From Candidatus Mnemosynella biddleae (GTDB lineage: Archaea; Halobacteriota; Archaeoglobi; Mnemosynellales; Mnemosynellaceae): a DNA stretch of 64,000 nucleotides. The translations under genes were made by a program, and so were the position numbers. The DNA is taken from assembly GCA_002011165.2 (NCBI GenBank), contig MTMI02000007.1, forward strand, positions 159,970-223,969. Reading direction: 5' to 3'. Shown in pieces: positions 49,563 through 58,191 of this stretch. A model generated the notes under the pieces. It was not told the origin of the DNA, searched no databases, and worked only from the letters and a program-made list of their open reading frames with translations. Within the stretch, counting starts at the first letter, position 1; each line of letters opens with the position of its first letter.

Positions 49563-50846
49563 CTACTCCATCATCTCCTTAATCATTTTTATCGCACAAA
49601 GATCTCCACACATGCTACAAGCTTCAGTTCTCGTAGGTTTACTCTTTCTCTTCTCCTCAAATCTCTCCTTATCAATGGCAACCTCTTTTTGTCTTTCCCA
49701 GTCTAATGAAAACCTTGCCTTGCTCATCTCAAGATCCAAAAGTGCATCCTCTTCAAACCTCGTGAGATTGACAGCATGAGCAGCTATTTTGGATGCGATC
49801 ACTCCTTCTTTCACTTCCTCTATATCTGGAAGCCCAAGATGTTCAGAGGGGGTAACATAGCAAAGGAAATCCGCACCGTTAAGAGCTGCAATTGCCCCTC
49901 CTATGGCACCTGCAATGTGATCGTAACCTGGAAATATATCAGAAACAAGCGGTCCAAGAACATAGAAAGGAGCATTATTAGTTGCAACTTTTGCAATCTT
50001 TATCTGCATTGGAATTTGGTCTATAGGCACATGCCCAGGACCTTCAACCATTGCCTGAACTCCCGTTTCTCGGGCTCTCTTAACGAGCTCCCCTAAGGTG
50101 AAAAGCTCACTCATCTGAAGAAGATCTCCCGCATCATGAATCCCTCCGGGTCTAAGACCATCTCCAAGACTCAAAACAGCATCGTATTCTTTTGCAAGCT
50201 CTAAGAGATAGTCGTAATCTCTATAGAATGGATTTTCTTCTTTATTATGATGGATCCAAGCAGCCATGAAAGTTCCACCACGAGAAACCATTCCAACAAC
50301 TCTCTTTGATTTTGTTAGCTTTTTAACAACTTCCTTTGTCACTCCGGCATGAATGGTAACAAAATCAACCCCATCTTTAAAATGTTTCTCAACTGTCCTC
50401 CACATGTCATCTTCACTCATATCGATAATGGCTCTTCCTTTCCTCAGCATCTTTTCAGCTGCTTGATAAATCGGAACTGTGCCTATTGGTACATCAACAC
50501 TTTTCATAATTCTCCTTCTTATCTCATCCAGATCTCCACCAGTGGAAAGATCCATGATGGTATCTGCACCGTATTTCACCGCAACTCTGGCTTTTTCGAT
50601 CTCTTTTTCCACATCGAGAATATCGCGAGAGGTCCCTATATTGGCGTTGATTTTTACCCTCACACCCTTTCCAATTGCAACCGGTCTTACATTCTCATGA
50701 GCAACGTTTTTTAGAATTATAGTATAACCTTTTGCAATGTTTTTCATCAGATCTTCAACTCTAATTCTCTCTCTTTCTGCAATGAGCATCATGTCTTCTG
50801 TAATTCTACCCTTCTTTGCTTCTTCCATCTGCGTCATCTCGATCAT
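49563..50846 (-). CDS. thiC: phosphomethylpyrimidine synthase ThiC
   Basis: 427 aa with IMDLSTGGD, TIHAGV, GPGHVP and the C-terminal radical SAM-type CSMCGDLCA. Confidence 0.93.
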   Translation of the reverse strand: MIEMTQMEEAKKGRITEDMMLIAERERIRVEDLMKNIAKGYTIILKNVAHENVRPVAIGKGVRVKINANIGTSRDILDVEKEIEKARVAVKYGADTIMDLSTGGDLDEIRRRIMKSVDVPIGTVPIYQAAEKMLRKGRAIIDMSEDDMWRTVEKHFKDGVDFVTIHAGVTKEVVKKLTKSKRVVGMVSRGGTFMAAWIHHNKEENPFYRDYDYLLELAKEYDAVLSLGDGLRPGGIHDAGDLLQMSELFTLGELVKRARETGVQAMVEGPGHVPIDQIPMQIKIAKVATNNAPFYVLGPLVSDIFPGYDHIAGAIGGAIAALNGADFLCYVTPSEHLGLPDIEEVKEGVIASKIAAHAVNLTRFEEDALLDLEMSKARFSLDWERQKEVAIDKERFEEKRKSKPTRTEACSMCGDLCAIKMIKEMME

Positions 50847-50957
50847 AACTCAGTTTTCGCTCTCCAATAATAAGTTTTGCGAAAGGTGCTCTCAACCCGT
50901 CTTAAAACCAATAAATTAATAATAGCCAAAATAATATGAAGAGATGAGGTGAAACCT

Positions 50958-51944
50958 ATGAGTATGACACCAGAAGAATTTAAAAAGTCCTGTAAGGGAA
51001 TAATTCCCGTTCAGTATTGTCCAATGAACGAGAAAATGGAAGTGAATTATGAGGGTTTAAAAGAGAATACGAAGTTCCTCGTGGACTTTGCTGAAGACGG
51101 AAATAAGGATCTCGTGATCATGACCAATGGAAGCACAACTGAGTTTTATGCTCTTCCAATTGAGGATCAGAAGAAGGTCATAAAGACTGTTGTAGAAACT
51201 GCTGACGGAAAAGTCCCTGTTATTGCAGGTGTGAGTCATCCAAGTGCTTTGGAAGCGGTAAAACTTGCAAAATATGCTGAGGAAGTTGGTGCGGATTGTG
51301 TGATGAGCACCCCACCGTATTATCACAGAGCATACAGAAATGAGCTCTATGAGCATTACAAGACCATAGCGGAAGCTGTGGATGTTGCAGTGATGATATA
51401 CAATAACGCAGATGTTACTGGAACATTCATTCCCGCAGATCTTGTTGCAGAACTCGCAAAGATAGATAACATCGTTGCAATTAAAGATAACACTCCCACG
51501 GCTATAGATTACCTGCTAAAAGTTCTTCTCGTGAATGAGAAAGACATGGTTCTTATCAATGGGCTTGGAGATTATCATTATCCTGCGTCTGCAGCCTATG
51601 GTTTAAGATATCAAGGGTTCGTGACCTTCATAGGAAACTTTGCTCCACAACTCAGCTACGCAGTCTATGATGCTGTGATGAAGGGAGATTTCTTGGAAGC
51701 GATGAAGGCAGTTGAAAAAATTTCGCCCCTCCTCTTCCTAATGGGGAGATTGTTTAAGAAGAGAGTGGATCACTCCATACTTCCTGAGGCTTTCCGAACG
51801 AACTACATGTACATTCCTATTGGGAAGGCTGCAATGGACATCGTTGGATTGCATGGAGGACCTTTAAGACCTCCGTTAAAGGAACTCTCACCGGATGAGA
51901 AAGAGGAACTCAGAAAGATCCTCAAAGAAATAGGAGTAATTTAA
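50958..51944 (+). CDS. DapA/NAL-family class I aldolase (dihydrodipicolinate synthase-like; substrate unresolved)
   Basis: The TIM-barrel aldolase pattern includes a Schiff-base Lys in IVAIKDNT and the motifs GSTTEFYAL and MSTPPYY. The ATG at 50958 is preceded by GAGGTGA. Confidence 0.8.
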   Translation: MSMTPEEFKKSCKGIIPVQYCPMNEKMEVNYEGLKENTKFLVDFAEDGNKDLVIMTNGSTTEFYALPIEDQKKVIKTVVETADGKVPVIAGVSHPSALEAVKLAKYAEEVGADCVMSTPPYYHRAYRNELYEHYKTIAEAVDVAVMIYNNADVTGTFIPADLVAELAKIDNIVAIKDNTPTAIDYLLKVLLVNEKDMVLINGLGDYHYPASAAYGLRYQGFVTFIGNFAPQLSYAVYDAVMKGDFLEAMKAVEKISPLLFLMGRLFKKRVDHSILPEAFRTNYMYIPIGKAAMDIVGLHGGPLRPPLKELSPDEKEELRKILKEIGVI

Positions 51945-51976
51945 AGGGATTCCCCCCTTCTCATCTTTTTATCTTT

Positions 51977-52741
51977 TTAGAAGAGAATTTTCTCTGTGTC
52001 CTCTCCTCCGTAAAAGATTTCCTGAATTCCGTCGTAAATGTCCTCCATTCCGAAAAATGTTTCTGAAGAAACAGGAGAGATCGGTTGAGAGATTCCAGAT
52101 TCTTTGAGAGCATAGAAAAGCTCCAGATTGAGTCCCTCGTTTTGAAGCTCCTCATAAAGAAGATCGGGATTTATGCTCCAGTCAATGATCTTCTGCACTT
52201 CTTCTTGAGAAAGAAGGTCGGATTTGGATAAAACTGGTATTTGTGGCAATTTCAGTCTGAAGGTTGCAGATGCACACATGAAGAGAAGGCTGATAAACCC
52301 AGAAGGTGTTTTTGAGACCACAGGGTCAAAGAGAAAAACCATCACGCTTTTTGATCTGTCAAGCATATCAATGAGTATTTCACTGCTCCGTCTGAGTGTG
52401 AAGAGCTCCATTTGACCGGGAGTATCTATGAGCACGTATTCGCAATTATAACTTTCTATCTCTTCTTTTATTTCCTCCGCCCTCAAACTTATGAGGTCTG
52501 AGCCAATGATCTGAGCCCCGTTTGGTCCAACTCCGTAGTTATCCATAATATCTTCAAGCGTAAACCACTCTCTTATGTCCACATCCGGATTATAAGGCAT
52601 TGTTTCAGCTCCCGGATCGAGATTCACTGTTATACAGTGAAGTCTTTTGATATCAAGCCACTCAGAGAAGGTTTTTGTGAGGCAACTCTTTCCGCTTCCC
52701 GCAGTTCCAATAAAGTAAACGTAAATACGATCAAGAGTCAT
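51977..52741 (-). CDS. GPN-loop GTPase
   Basis: Walker A GTAGSGKS, the GPN motif YGVGPNGA, and DTPGQMELF. Confidence 0.85.
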   Translation of the reverse strand: MTLDRIYVYFIGTAGSGKSCLTKTFSEWLDIKRLHCITVNLDPGAETMPYNPDVDIREWFTLEDIMDNYGVGPNGAQIIGSDLISLRAEEIKEEIESYNCEYVLIDTPGQMELFTLRRSSEILIDMLDRSKSVMVFLFDPVVSKTPSGFISLLFMCASATFRLKLPQIPVLSKSDLLSQEEVQKIIDWSINPDLLYEELQNEGLNLELFYALKESGISQPISPVSSETFFGMEDIYDGIQEIFYGGEDTEKILF

Positions 52742-52794
52742 CAATGAAGAATAGTGGTGCTTCTAAATATCACTTACCATTGTGGGTGATACTC

Positions 52795-53610
52795 ATGATC
52801 AAAGTTCTCATAGTTGGAGTTCTATCCGAGAACTCCGGGAAAACAACTCTTGCCGAAGCCCTAATTTCGGAAGCAATAGAAAAAGGAGTGGACGTTGGAG
52901 TCTCCAAACCTTTCTGTTCAACCAATGGCTGGTATCATTATGAAGTCATTGTAAGGAGCGCTGAATTCGGTCTCCTTCTCGGAAGAGATATTCAGAGACT
53001 CCACAATGTTGCGAGAAGCATCGAGTCAGTAGAGCTGGAGAATCCCGTATGTGTCTTGGCAATGCCTTTGGATTTAGAGAAACTTGAGTGGAATCTTATG
53101 CAAAATCTTTCGATGAATCAAATCGCAATGATCAGAGTGAGTGGAAAGGAGACCAAGCATTATGTTGTGAACTCGAATTTGGAAAGGTTTACAGGAATTC
53201 TCAGAAAAGAGGTTGAAAGACTCTCGAAAGCTCTAAAAGGCGAAGTTCAGGAAATTGAAATTGAGGACGCCGAGGAAATCCTCAGAAAGGCTAGAGACCT
53301 CTCAAATGAAGCTCTTAAAGAGATCAAAAGGAGGCACGATATGGTAGTCATCGAGTCGTTCAGCAATGTCGCATCTCCCAACACGGAATCGCTTGATTCA
53401 GACATCATCATAGCTGTCTCACCAGGAAAAGCAGTGATATATGAAGGAGAAAAATATCGAAGGGCAGTTGACATTCTCCTTGATTTCAAAGATCCATGGG
53501 AGATAACAACCGATGGAGTACTGAGGCTTCTGAAACCACTCAGGACAATTGAACTCAAGCCCAAGGAACTTGGTAATAAGGGAATTCTCAAAGAAATATT
53601 CAATTTTTGA
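52795..53610 (+). CDS. DTB-synthetase-like (BioD/CobQ/Pta-N type) P-loop NTPase, function unknown
   Basis: Deviant Walker A VGVLSENSGKTTLAEAL, a Walker-B-like MVVIESF. I place the start at the internal ATG (MIKVLIVG). Confidence 0.5.
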   Translation: MIKVLIVGVLSENSGKTTLAEALISEAIEKGVDVGVSKPFCSTNGWYHYEVIVRSAEFGLLLGRDIQRLHNVARSIESVELENPVCVLAMPLDLEKLEWNLMQNLSMNQIAMIRVSGKETKHYVVNSNLERFTGILRKEVERLSKALKGEVQEIEIEDAEEILRKARDLSNEALKEIKRRHDMVVIESFSNVASPNTESLDSDIIIAVSPGKAVIYEGEKYRRAVDILLDFKDPWEITTDGVLRLLKPLRTIELKPKELGNKGILKEIFNF

Positions 53611-53678
53611 TTTTTCATATTAGAGAAGAAATAAAGCCATATAAGCGGTTTTTCAGAGTTGCCACCTTTGTGCAAGCA

Positions 53679-53692
53679 TTTTTATTAAAAAA
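53679..53692 (+). promoter_or_regulatory. candidate TATA box (TTTTTATTAAAAAA) for the Rcl-QueF-like / radical SAM operon
   Basis: It lies about 21-34 nt upstream of the ATG at 53713, which suggests a leaderless or very short-leader transcript. Confidence 0.35.
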
Positions 53693-53712
53693 TTTTCAAA
53701 TATTTTTCTGCG

Positions 53713-54435
53713 ATGAAGATCATGATCTGCGGGTCCTTGGGATATGGAGGAAAGGAGAGAATAAAAGAGCTTCAGGAGCTCCTCAGAGAGAATGGATTCG
53801 AAGTCATAGATCAGCTGAAGGATATGGATTACTGCGAAATTCAGGATTTCAGAGATAAATTAGAGTTGTGCAGGGAAATAGTGAGAAGAGACCTTGAAAA
53901 AGTAAGCGAAGCAGATGTCATCATAATCATCTCAGATTTTCCAAGCTTTGGAGCGAGTGTAGAGGCATTTCAGGCTTCTATGAGTGGAAAGAGGGTTATT
54001 GCATATTCTGAAGGGAAAGCAAGATCCCCTTGGCCTCTTGCAATGGCTCAGGAGGTATGTGAAAGCAAAGAAGAACTTTTGGAGGCTCTGAGGAGAGAAG
54101 AGATGAGAAAGATAGGGAAAATCCCAAATTTTTTTGGAGAACATGAAGCTGAGTTCGTATATGAGGGGTTCAAATGCATCTGTCCTGTTACGGGACTGGA
54201 GGATAGGGCGAAGATAACCATCAGATATATACCAGAGAGATGGCTCATCGAATACGAATCGCTGGATAAATACTTCAGAAGCTTTGAAAAAAGAGCAATT
54301 CATCATGAAGCTGTGGTGGAGGAAATCTTTAGAGATGTGAAGGAGGAAATCTCACCGAGAGAGCTCGAAGTTAAAGGGGAGTTCGAAGAGAGAAGTGGAG
54401 TTAAAGCAGTAATAAAAAAGAGGTGGAAAAGATGA
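53713..54435 (+). CDS. fusion protein: N-terminal nucleoside 2-deoxyribosyltransferase/Rcl(DNPH1)-like domain plus C-terminal QueF-like T-fold domain
   Basis: N-domain: IMICGSLGYGG and DLEKVSEADVIIIISDFPSFGASVEAFQASMSGKRVIAY, which parallels the Rcl sequence IYFCGSIRGG ... ADVVVAEVTQPSLGVGYELGRA. C-domain: FKCICPVTGLEDRAKITIRYIPERWLIEYESLDKYFRSFEKRAIHHE, which parallels the QueF sequence [46 protein letters not shown]. Confidence 0.7.
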   Translation: MKIMICGSLGYGGKERIKELQELLRENGFEVIDQLKDMDYCEIQDFRDKLELCREIVRRDLEKVSEADVIIIISDFPSFGASVEAFQASMSGKRVIAYSEGKARSPWPLAMAQEVCESKEELLEALRREEMRKIGKIPNFFGEHEAEFVYEGFKCICPVTGLEDRAKITIRYIPERWLIEYESLDKYFRSFEKRAIHHEAVVEEIFRDVKEEISPRELEVKGEFEERSGVKAVIKKRWKR

Positions 54436-55358
54436 GCTTTGAACCTTCTTATCTTCATCTTTTTGAGAGTGGGGAACTTCGAAGAAGGGTAGATGAGCTG
54501 TATTCTATTTTAGAATCATGTGAACTATGCCCGAGGAAATGCAGAGTTAATAGGATGAAGGGGGAAAGAGGTTATTGTGGTGCAGATGCAAATCTCATGG
54601 TCTCAAGCTATTTTTCGCACTTCGGAGAAGAGGATGTGCTTGTGGGAAGAAATGGATCAGGAACAATATTTTTGACAAATTGCAATCTCCTTTGCGTATA
54701 TTGTCAGAACTACGACATAAGTCATCTTGGTGTTGGAGAGATCGTCTCTGAGGATAGAGTGGCTGAGATGATGCTCCATCTTCAATCTCTTGGATGTCAT
54801 AACATCAATTTTGTGACCCCAACACACTACACACCTCAGTTAGTTCGAGCGATAGAAATAGCGGTTGAAAGAGGATTGAAGCTCCCAATTGTCTGGAATT
54901 GTAGCGGATACGAAAACGTTGAACTCATCAAAATGCTCGAAGGAATAGTTGACATATATATGCCTGACATGAAATATGGTTCTTCTGAACCTGCGAAGAA
55001 GTATTCTAATGCTCCAGATTATTTCGAGAGATGCAAAGAGGCTGTTAAGGAAATGCACCGCCAGGTTGGAGATCTGAAGGTGAAGGAAGGAATTGCATAT
55101 AGAGGCCTTCTTATCAGACATCTCGTTTTACCAAATGATCTCGCGGGAAGTGAGAGAATTCTCAAGTTTATAGCGCAGGAGATTTCGAAGGACACCTATG
55201 TTAATATCATGGCTCAATACAGGCCAGAAGGAGAGGCATATAAGTATGAAGAGCTGAGTAGAAGAATCACAAGAGATGAGTTCATGAAAGTTCTTGAGCT
55301 TGCGAAAGATCTCGGGTTAACAAGAGGATTAGACAGAAGATATCTCTTTTTCCTCTGA
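54432..55358 (+). CDS. PflX-type (COG1313-like) radical SAM enzyme, function unknown
   Basis: ATGA overlap with the upstream stop, with AGGTGG 8 nt upstream. N-terminal CELCPRKCRVNR..GERGYCG, and radical SAM CNLLCVYC. Confidence 0.75.
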   Translation: MSFEPSYLHLFESGELRRRVDELYSILESCELCPRKCRVNRMKGERGYCGADANLMVSSYFSHFGEEDVLVGRNGSGTIFLTNCNLLCVYCQNYDISHLGVGEIVSEDRVAEMMLHLQSLGCHNINFVTPTHYTPQLVRAIEIAVERGLKLPIVWNCSGYENVELIKMLEGIVDIYMPDMKYGSSEPAKKYSNAPDYFERCKEAVKEMHRQVGDLKVKEGIAYRGLLIRHLVLPNDLAGSERILKFIAQEISKDTYVNIMAQYRPEGEAYKYEELSRRITRDEFMKVLELAKDLGLTRGLDRRYLFFL

Positions 55359-55841
55359 TGCAAATAGCTTTTTAATTTGCGCCTCACAATTCTTGCAGAG
55401 TTTACTCGGTTTTTTCATGGCTTCGGCGAAGGTGTTGGAGAATTTCATTACGCAGTTGTTGGAGCAGTGCTCCAGACTTAAGAGGTGACCAACTTCATGA
55501 ATTGATTCTTTCGAGATCATTTCCAGAGAGGGCAATCGGTAAGTTGAAACTATCGCCTCTCTTTCGTAAGCTACTCCAAAGACAAAGTTCATACCAACTA
55601 TGAAAATGTCGCAGTTTACAAGCCAGAGGGCAAGATCTTTGGTCTTATTCTTCGAAAGGAACTCAAGAAGAAGTGATGCATCGTATTGGCTTCTTTCTTC
55701 ATCTTTCGCTCCAATTGGCGGTTTCATCTCTGTTCCGAGAGTCACTTTAAGGGGATATGTTCTCTGAAGAGCTTTTCGAACTGCACTCAGCACTTCTTCA
55801 CTGAAACTCTCATAAAAGATCTCGAGAGTAAGCATCCGCAA
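55329..55841 (-). CDS. amzA: archaemetzincin (zinc metalloprotease AmzA)
   Basis: HEVGHLLSLEHCSNNCVM followed by CKNC. This is the HExxHxxGxxHC plus Cys4 pattern of archaemetzincins. Confidence 0.85.
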   Translation of the reverse strand: MRMLTLEIFYESFSEEVLSAVRKALQRTYPLKVTLGTEMKPPIGAKDEERSQYDASLLLEFLSKNKTKDLALWLVNCDIFIVGMNFVFGVAYEREAIVSTYRLPSLEMISKESIHEVGHLLSLEHCSNNCVMKFSNTFAEAMKKPSKLCKNCEAQIKKLFASEEKEISSV

Positions 55842-55875
55842 CTTAATTTAAGGATCAGATATAAAAAGACTGTCC

Positions 55876-57000
55876 TTGATGGAGTTCATGGCAACAACAA
55901 CACAGGGGATGGAAGATGTCACTGCAGAAGAGATTAAAGAATTAACAGGAAGGAGAGTTGAGAGAAGGAAGGGGAGGGTCGAATTTGAAGGCTCTTTGAA
56001 AGAGATGTATAGAGTTAATCTCAGGGCAAGATGCGTGAACAGAGTTTTTCTGATACTTCAGAAAAGAAAAGCGGAGACATTGAAGGATATCTACAGGATC
56101 TCCAGAGAGATAGATTACATGTGGATAATCTCCGAGAATCAGAGCTTTGCAGTGAGAGCGACAAGAGTTGGGGAACACCCTTTCACGAGTCCTGAAATAG
56201 CTTCAGAGGTGGGAAGAGCGATAATAGAGAGCTTCAGAGATTCAACGGGAAAAAGGCTGAAGGTAAATCTGGAGGAGCCCGATGTTGAGATTTATGCTCT
56301 TCTCGTAGATGATGACTTCGTTTTGAGCGTTAATACGACTGGAGAATCACTGCACAAAAGAGGCTACAGAAAATATCAGCATCATGCACCTATAAGACCG
56401 ACTCTTGCGTCCTGTCTTCTGAGATACAGTGGCTGGAAACCGAGAAATTCTCTTCTCGATCCCATGTGTGGAAGCGGAACAATCCCGATTGAAGCTGTTT
56501 TAATGGCTAAAAAGTGTATGAATCACAGAGATTTTCTCTTTAAGAAACTTAAAATTCATGATAAGGAGATTTTTGAAAAAGAGAAGAAAATAGAGGAAAG
56601 AGGAGAGAATCCAAAAAGAATTGTAGCTATGGAGATATCTCCAAAGCATTTAGAAGGAGCAATTGAAAATGCAGAAAGAGCAGGAGTCTTAGATTTCATA
56701 GACTTTATCGAAGGCGACGCAAAAAGAATGGAGCAATATCTGGATCTCTCTCCCGAATTCTTGGTGGTGAATCCTCCGTATGGAATAAGATCTTCGAGAA
56801 AAAGGGCAATAAGAGATCTTTACGAAGGTTTTCTTAAATCTGCAGAAAGAATATCCGGTGAATCCCTTTTAGTCGTCATAACAGCAGCTGAAAAGGAATT
56901 CAAAGAATCTCTGAAAAAAATCAATGGAGAAGTCATTGAGGAGAGATACGTTCTTTACGGAGATCTGCCAACGAAAGTCTTCAAAATCATTCTGGGGTGA
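55876..57000 (+). CDS. THUMP-domain RNA (guanine-N2) methyltransferase (Trm14/UPF0020 type)
   Basis: A ferredoxin-like plus THUMP N-terminal half, then SAM motifs LDPMCGSGTIPIEA and VVNPPYG. Confidence 0.8.
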   Translation: MMEFMATTTQGMEDVTAEEIKELTGRRVERRKGRVEFEGSLKEMYRVNLRARCVNRVFLILQKRKAETLKDIYRISREIDYMWIISENQSFAVRATRVGEHPFTSPEIASEVGRAIIESFRDSTGKRLKVNLEEPDVEIYALLVDDDFVLSVNTTGESLHKRGYRKYQHHAPIRPTLASCLLRYSGWKPRNSLLDPMCGSGTIPIEAVLMAKKCMNHRDFLFKKLKIHDKEIFEKEKKIEERGENPKRIVAMEISPKHLEGAIENAERAGVLDFIDFIEGDAKRMEQYLDLSPEFLVVNPPYGIRSSRKRAIRDLYEGFLKSAERISGESLLVVITAAEKEFKESLKKINGEVIEERYVLYGDLPTKVFKIILG

Positions 57001-57006
57001 CATTCT

Positions 57007-57639
57007 TTGAGACTTGATTTGGTACTGGTTAGGAGAGGATGTTTCAGTTCAAGACAAAAAGCTAAGGAGAGTATAAAGAGAGGACTTGTGAGAGTAGAAG
57101 GAAAAATCATAACAAAACCGTCATTTGACGTGGAGTTCGGTGCAGAGATAGAAGTGCTCTTTGAGGAGAGACCAAAGGGGTACTGGAAGCTGAAAGAGAT
57201 TGATGAAAGTCTTGAGATCTTCAGAGGCGATGAAATCGTCTTGGATCTCGGGAGCTCGGCAGGAGGCTTCCTTCTATATTCGAGCGAGAAGGCAAGATTC
57301 GTTTATGGAATAGAGTTCAGTAGAGAATTCGAAAGTGAGTTGAGGAGGATTGAAAAAGAGAAGAAAAATGTGAAAGTATTCATAGGAGATGCGTTTATAT
57401 TCGATATATCAATTCTACCGCATTTTGACCTAATTTTGAATGATTTGACTCTTCCTTTTTCGTCTTCCATGAAAGCTCTGAAGAGATTTCTTCCAAAGCT
57501 GAAAGATAATGGAAAAGTACTCTTCGTTCACAAACTCGGGGATGATGAAGCTCCAGAGTTTAAGGATTTTGAAATTCTCAAGGAAATGATCTCAAAAGAA
57601 AAAAAGGAGAAATATTATCTGTTGAGAAAAAGGATTTGA
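57007..57639 (+). CDS. S4-domain plus FtsJ-like 2'-O-ribose methyltransferase (TlyA-like)
   Basis: S4 domain RLDLVLVRRG..SRQKAKESIKRGLVRVEG, and the SAM-binding motif VLDLGSSAGGF. Confidence 0.75.
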   Translation: MRLDLVLVRRGCFSSRQKAKESIKRGLVRVEGKIITKPSFDVEFGAEIEVLFEERPKGYWKLKEIDESLEIFRGDEIVLDLGSSAGGFLLYSSEKARFVYGIEFSREFESELRRIEKEKKNVKVFIGDAFIFDISILPHFDLILNDLTLPFSSSMKALKRFLPKLKDNGKVLFVHKLGDDEAPEFKDFEILKEMISKEKKEKYYLLRKRI

Positions 57640-57649
57640 AAAAAAGGAG

Positions 57650-58177
57650 TTACCAACCATCTCTGTGAATCCTATCCTCTTTGAACCTATCCTCCGCTTC
57701 TCTGAATTCGCTTTCACTTTTCGGATATCCAAGCGAGATAATGCTAAAGACGACTATCTCAGTTGGAATTCCGAGGATCTCCTTCACATCTCTGTCGAAA
57801 TCTTCTCTCGGATAAATTCCTATCCATACCGAGCCAATTCCAAGTATCCTTGCAGCCAGAAGGATATTCTGGGTTGCAGCAGAGCAATCCTGATCCCAGA
57901 GTCTATAGGGAAATCTCGAACGCTTAGGATCCGCACATACAATTATCGCTGCAGAAGCCTTTTTAAGCATCTTGGCGTAAGGATGCGATTCTGCAATCTT
58001 TTCCAGAAGATCTCTTCTTCTCACAACAATGAAATGCCACGGTTGTTCGTTCGCGGCAGTAGGAGCCTGAAAACCAGCCCTCAAGATCTTCTGAAGATCC
58101 TCTTCACTAATCTCCTTCTCGGAGTAATCCCTTATACTTCTCCTCGTATATATGAATTTAAGGCATTCTTCACTCAT
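57650..58177 (-). CDS. nitroreductase-family flavoprotein
   Basis: RRSIRDYS, APTAANEQPWHFIVV, and 175 aa in length. Confidence 0.85.
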   Translation of the reverse strand: MSEECLKFIYTRRSIRDYSEKEISEEDLQKILRAGFQAPTAANEQPWHFIVVRRRDLLEKIAESHPYAKMLKKASAAIIVCADPKRSRFPYRLWDQDCSAATQNILLAARILGIGSVWIGIYPREDFDRDVKEILGIPTEIVVFSIISLGYPKSESEFREAEDRFKEDRIHRDGW

Positions 58178-58191
58178 AATTAGAGTTATGA

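Noticed and set aside
50847-50957. Possible TPP riboswitch in the thiC 5' region. The minus strand reads GACGGGTTGAGAGCACCTTTCGC...GCGAAAAC, with a UGAGA-like element and a TTTCGC/GCGAAA hairpin.
   Set aside because: The whole divergent spacer is only about 110 nt and must also hold two promoters. I cannot find the conserved CCUGAUCUGGAUAAUGCCAGCG-type pyrimidine-sensor arm. A covariance-model scan (the Rfam TPP riboswitch model) would settle it.
53607-53858. 83-aa plus-strand ORF spanning the promoter region and the start of the Rcl-QueF-like gene.
   Set aside because: It is out of frame with a gene that has clear domain motifs from its first residues, and it would begin inside the upstream gene's stop region.
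57665-58183. 172-aa plus-strand ORF antisense to the nitroreductase gene. The antisense ORFs at 20030..20473, 22942..23403, 29935..30321, 33605..34042 and 61616..62059 are similar cases.
   Set aside because: In each case the opposite strand encodes a protein with clear family motifs. The long antisense frames follow from the strong purine bias of the coding strands, which leaves few stop codons in the antisense direction.
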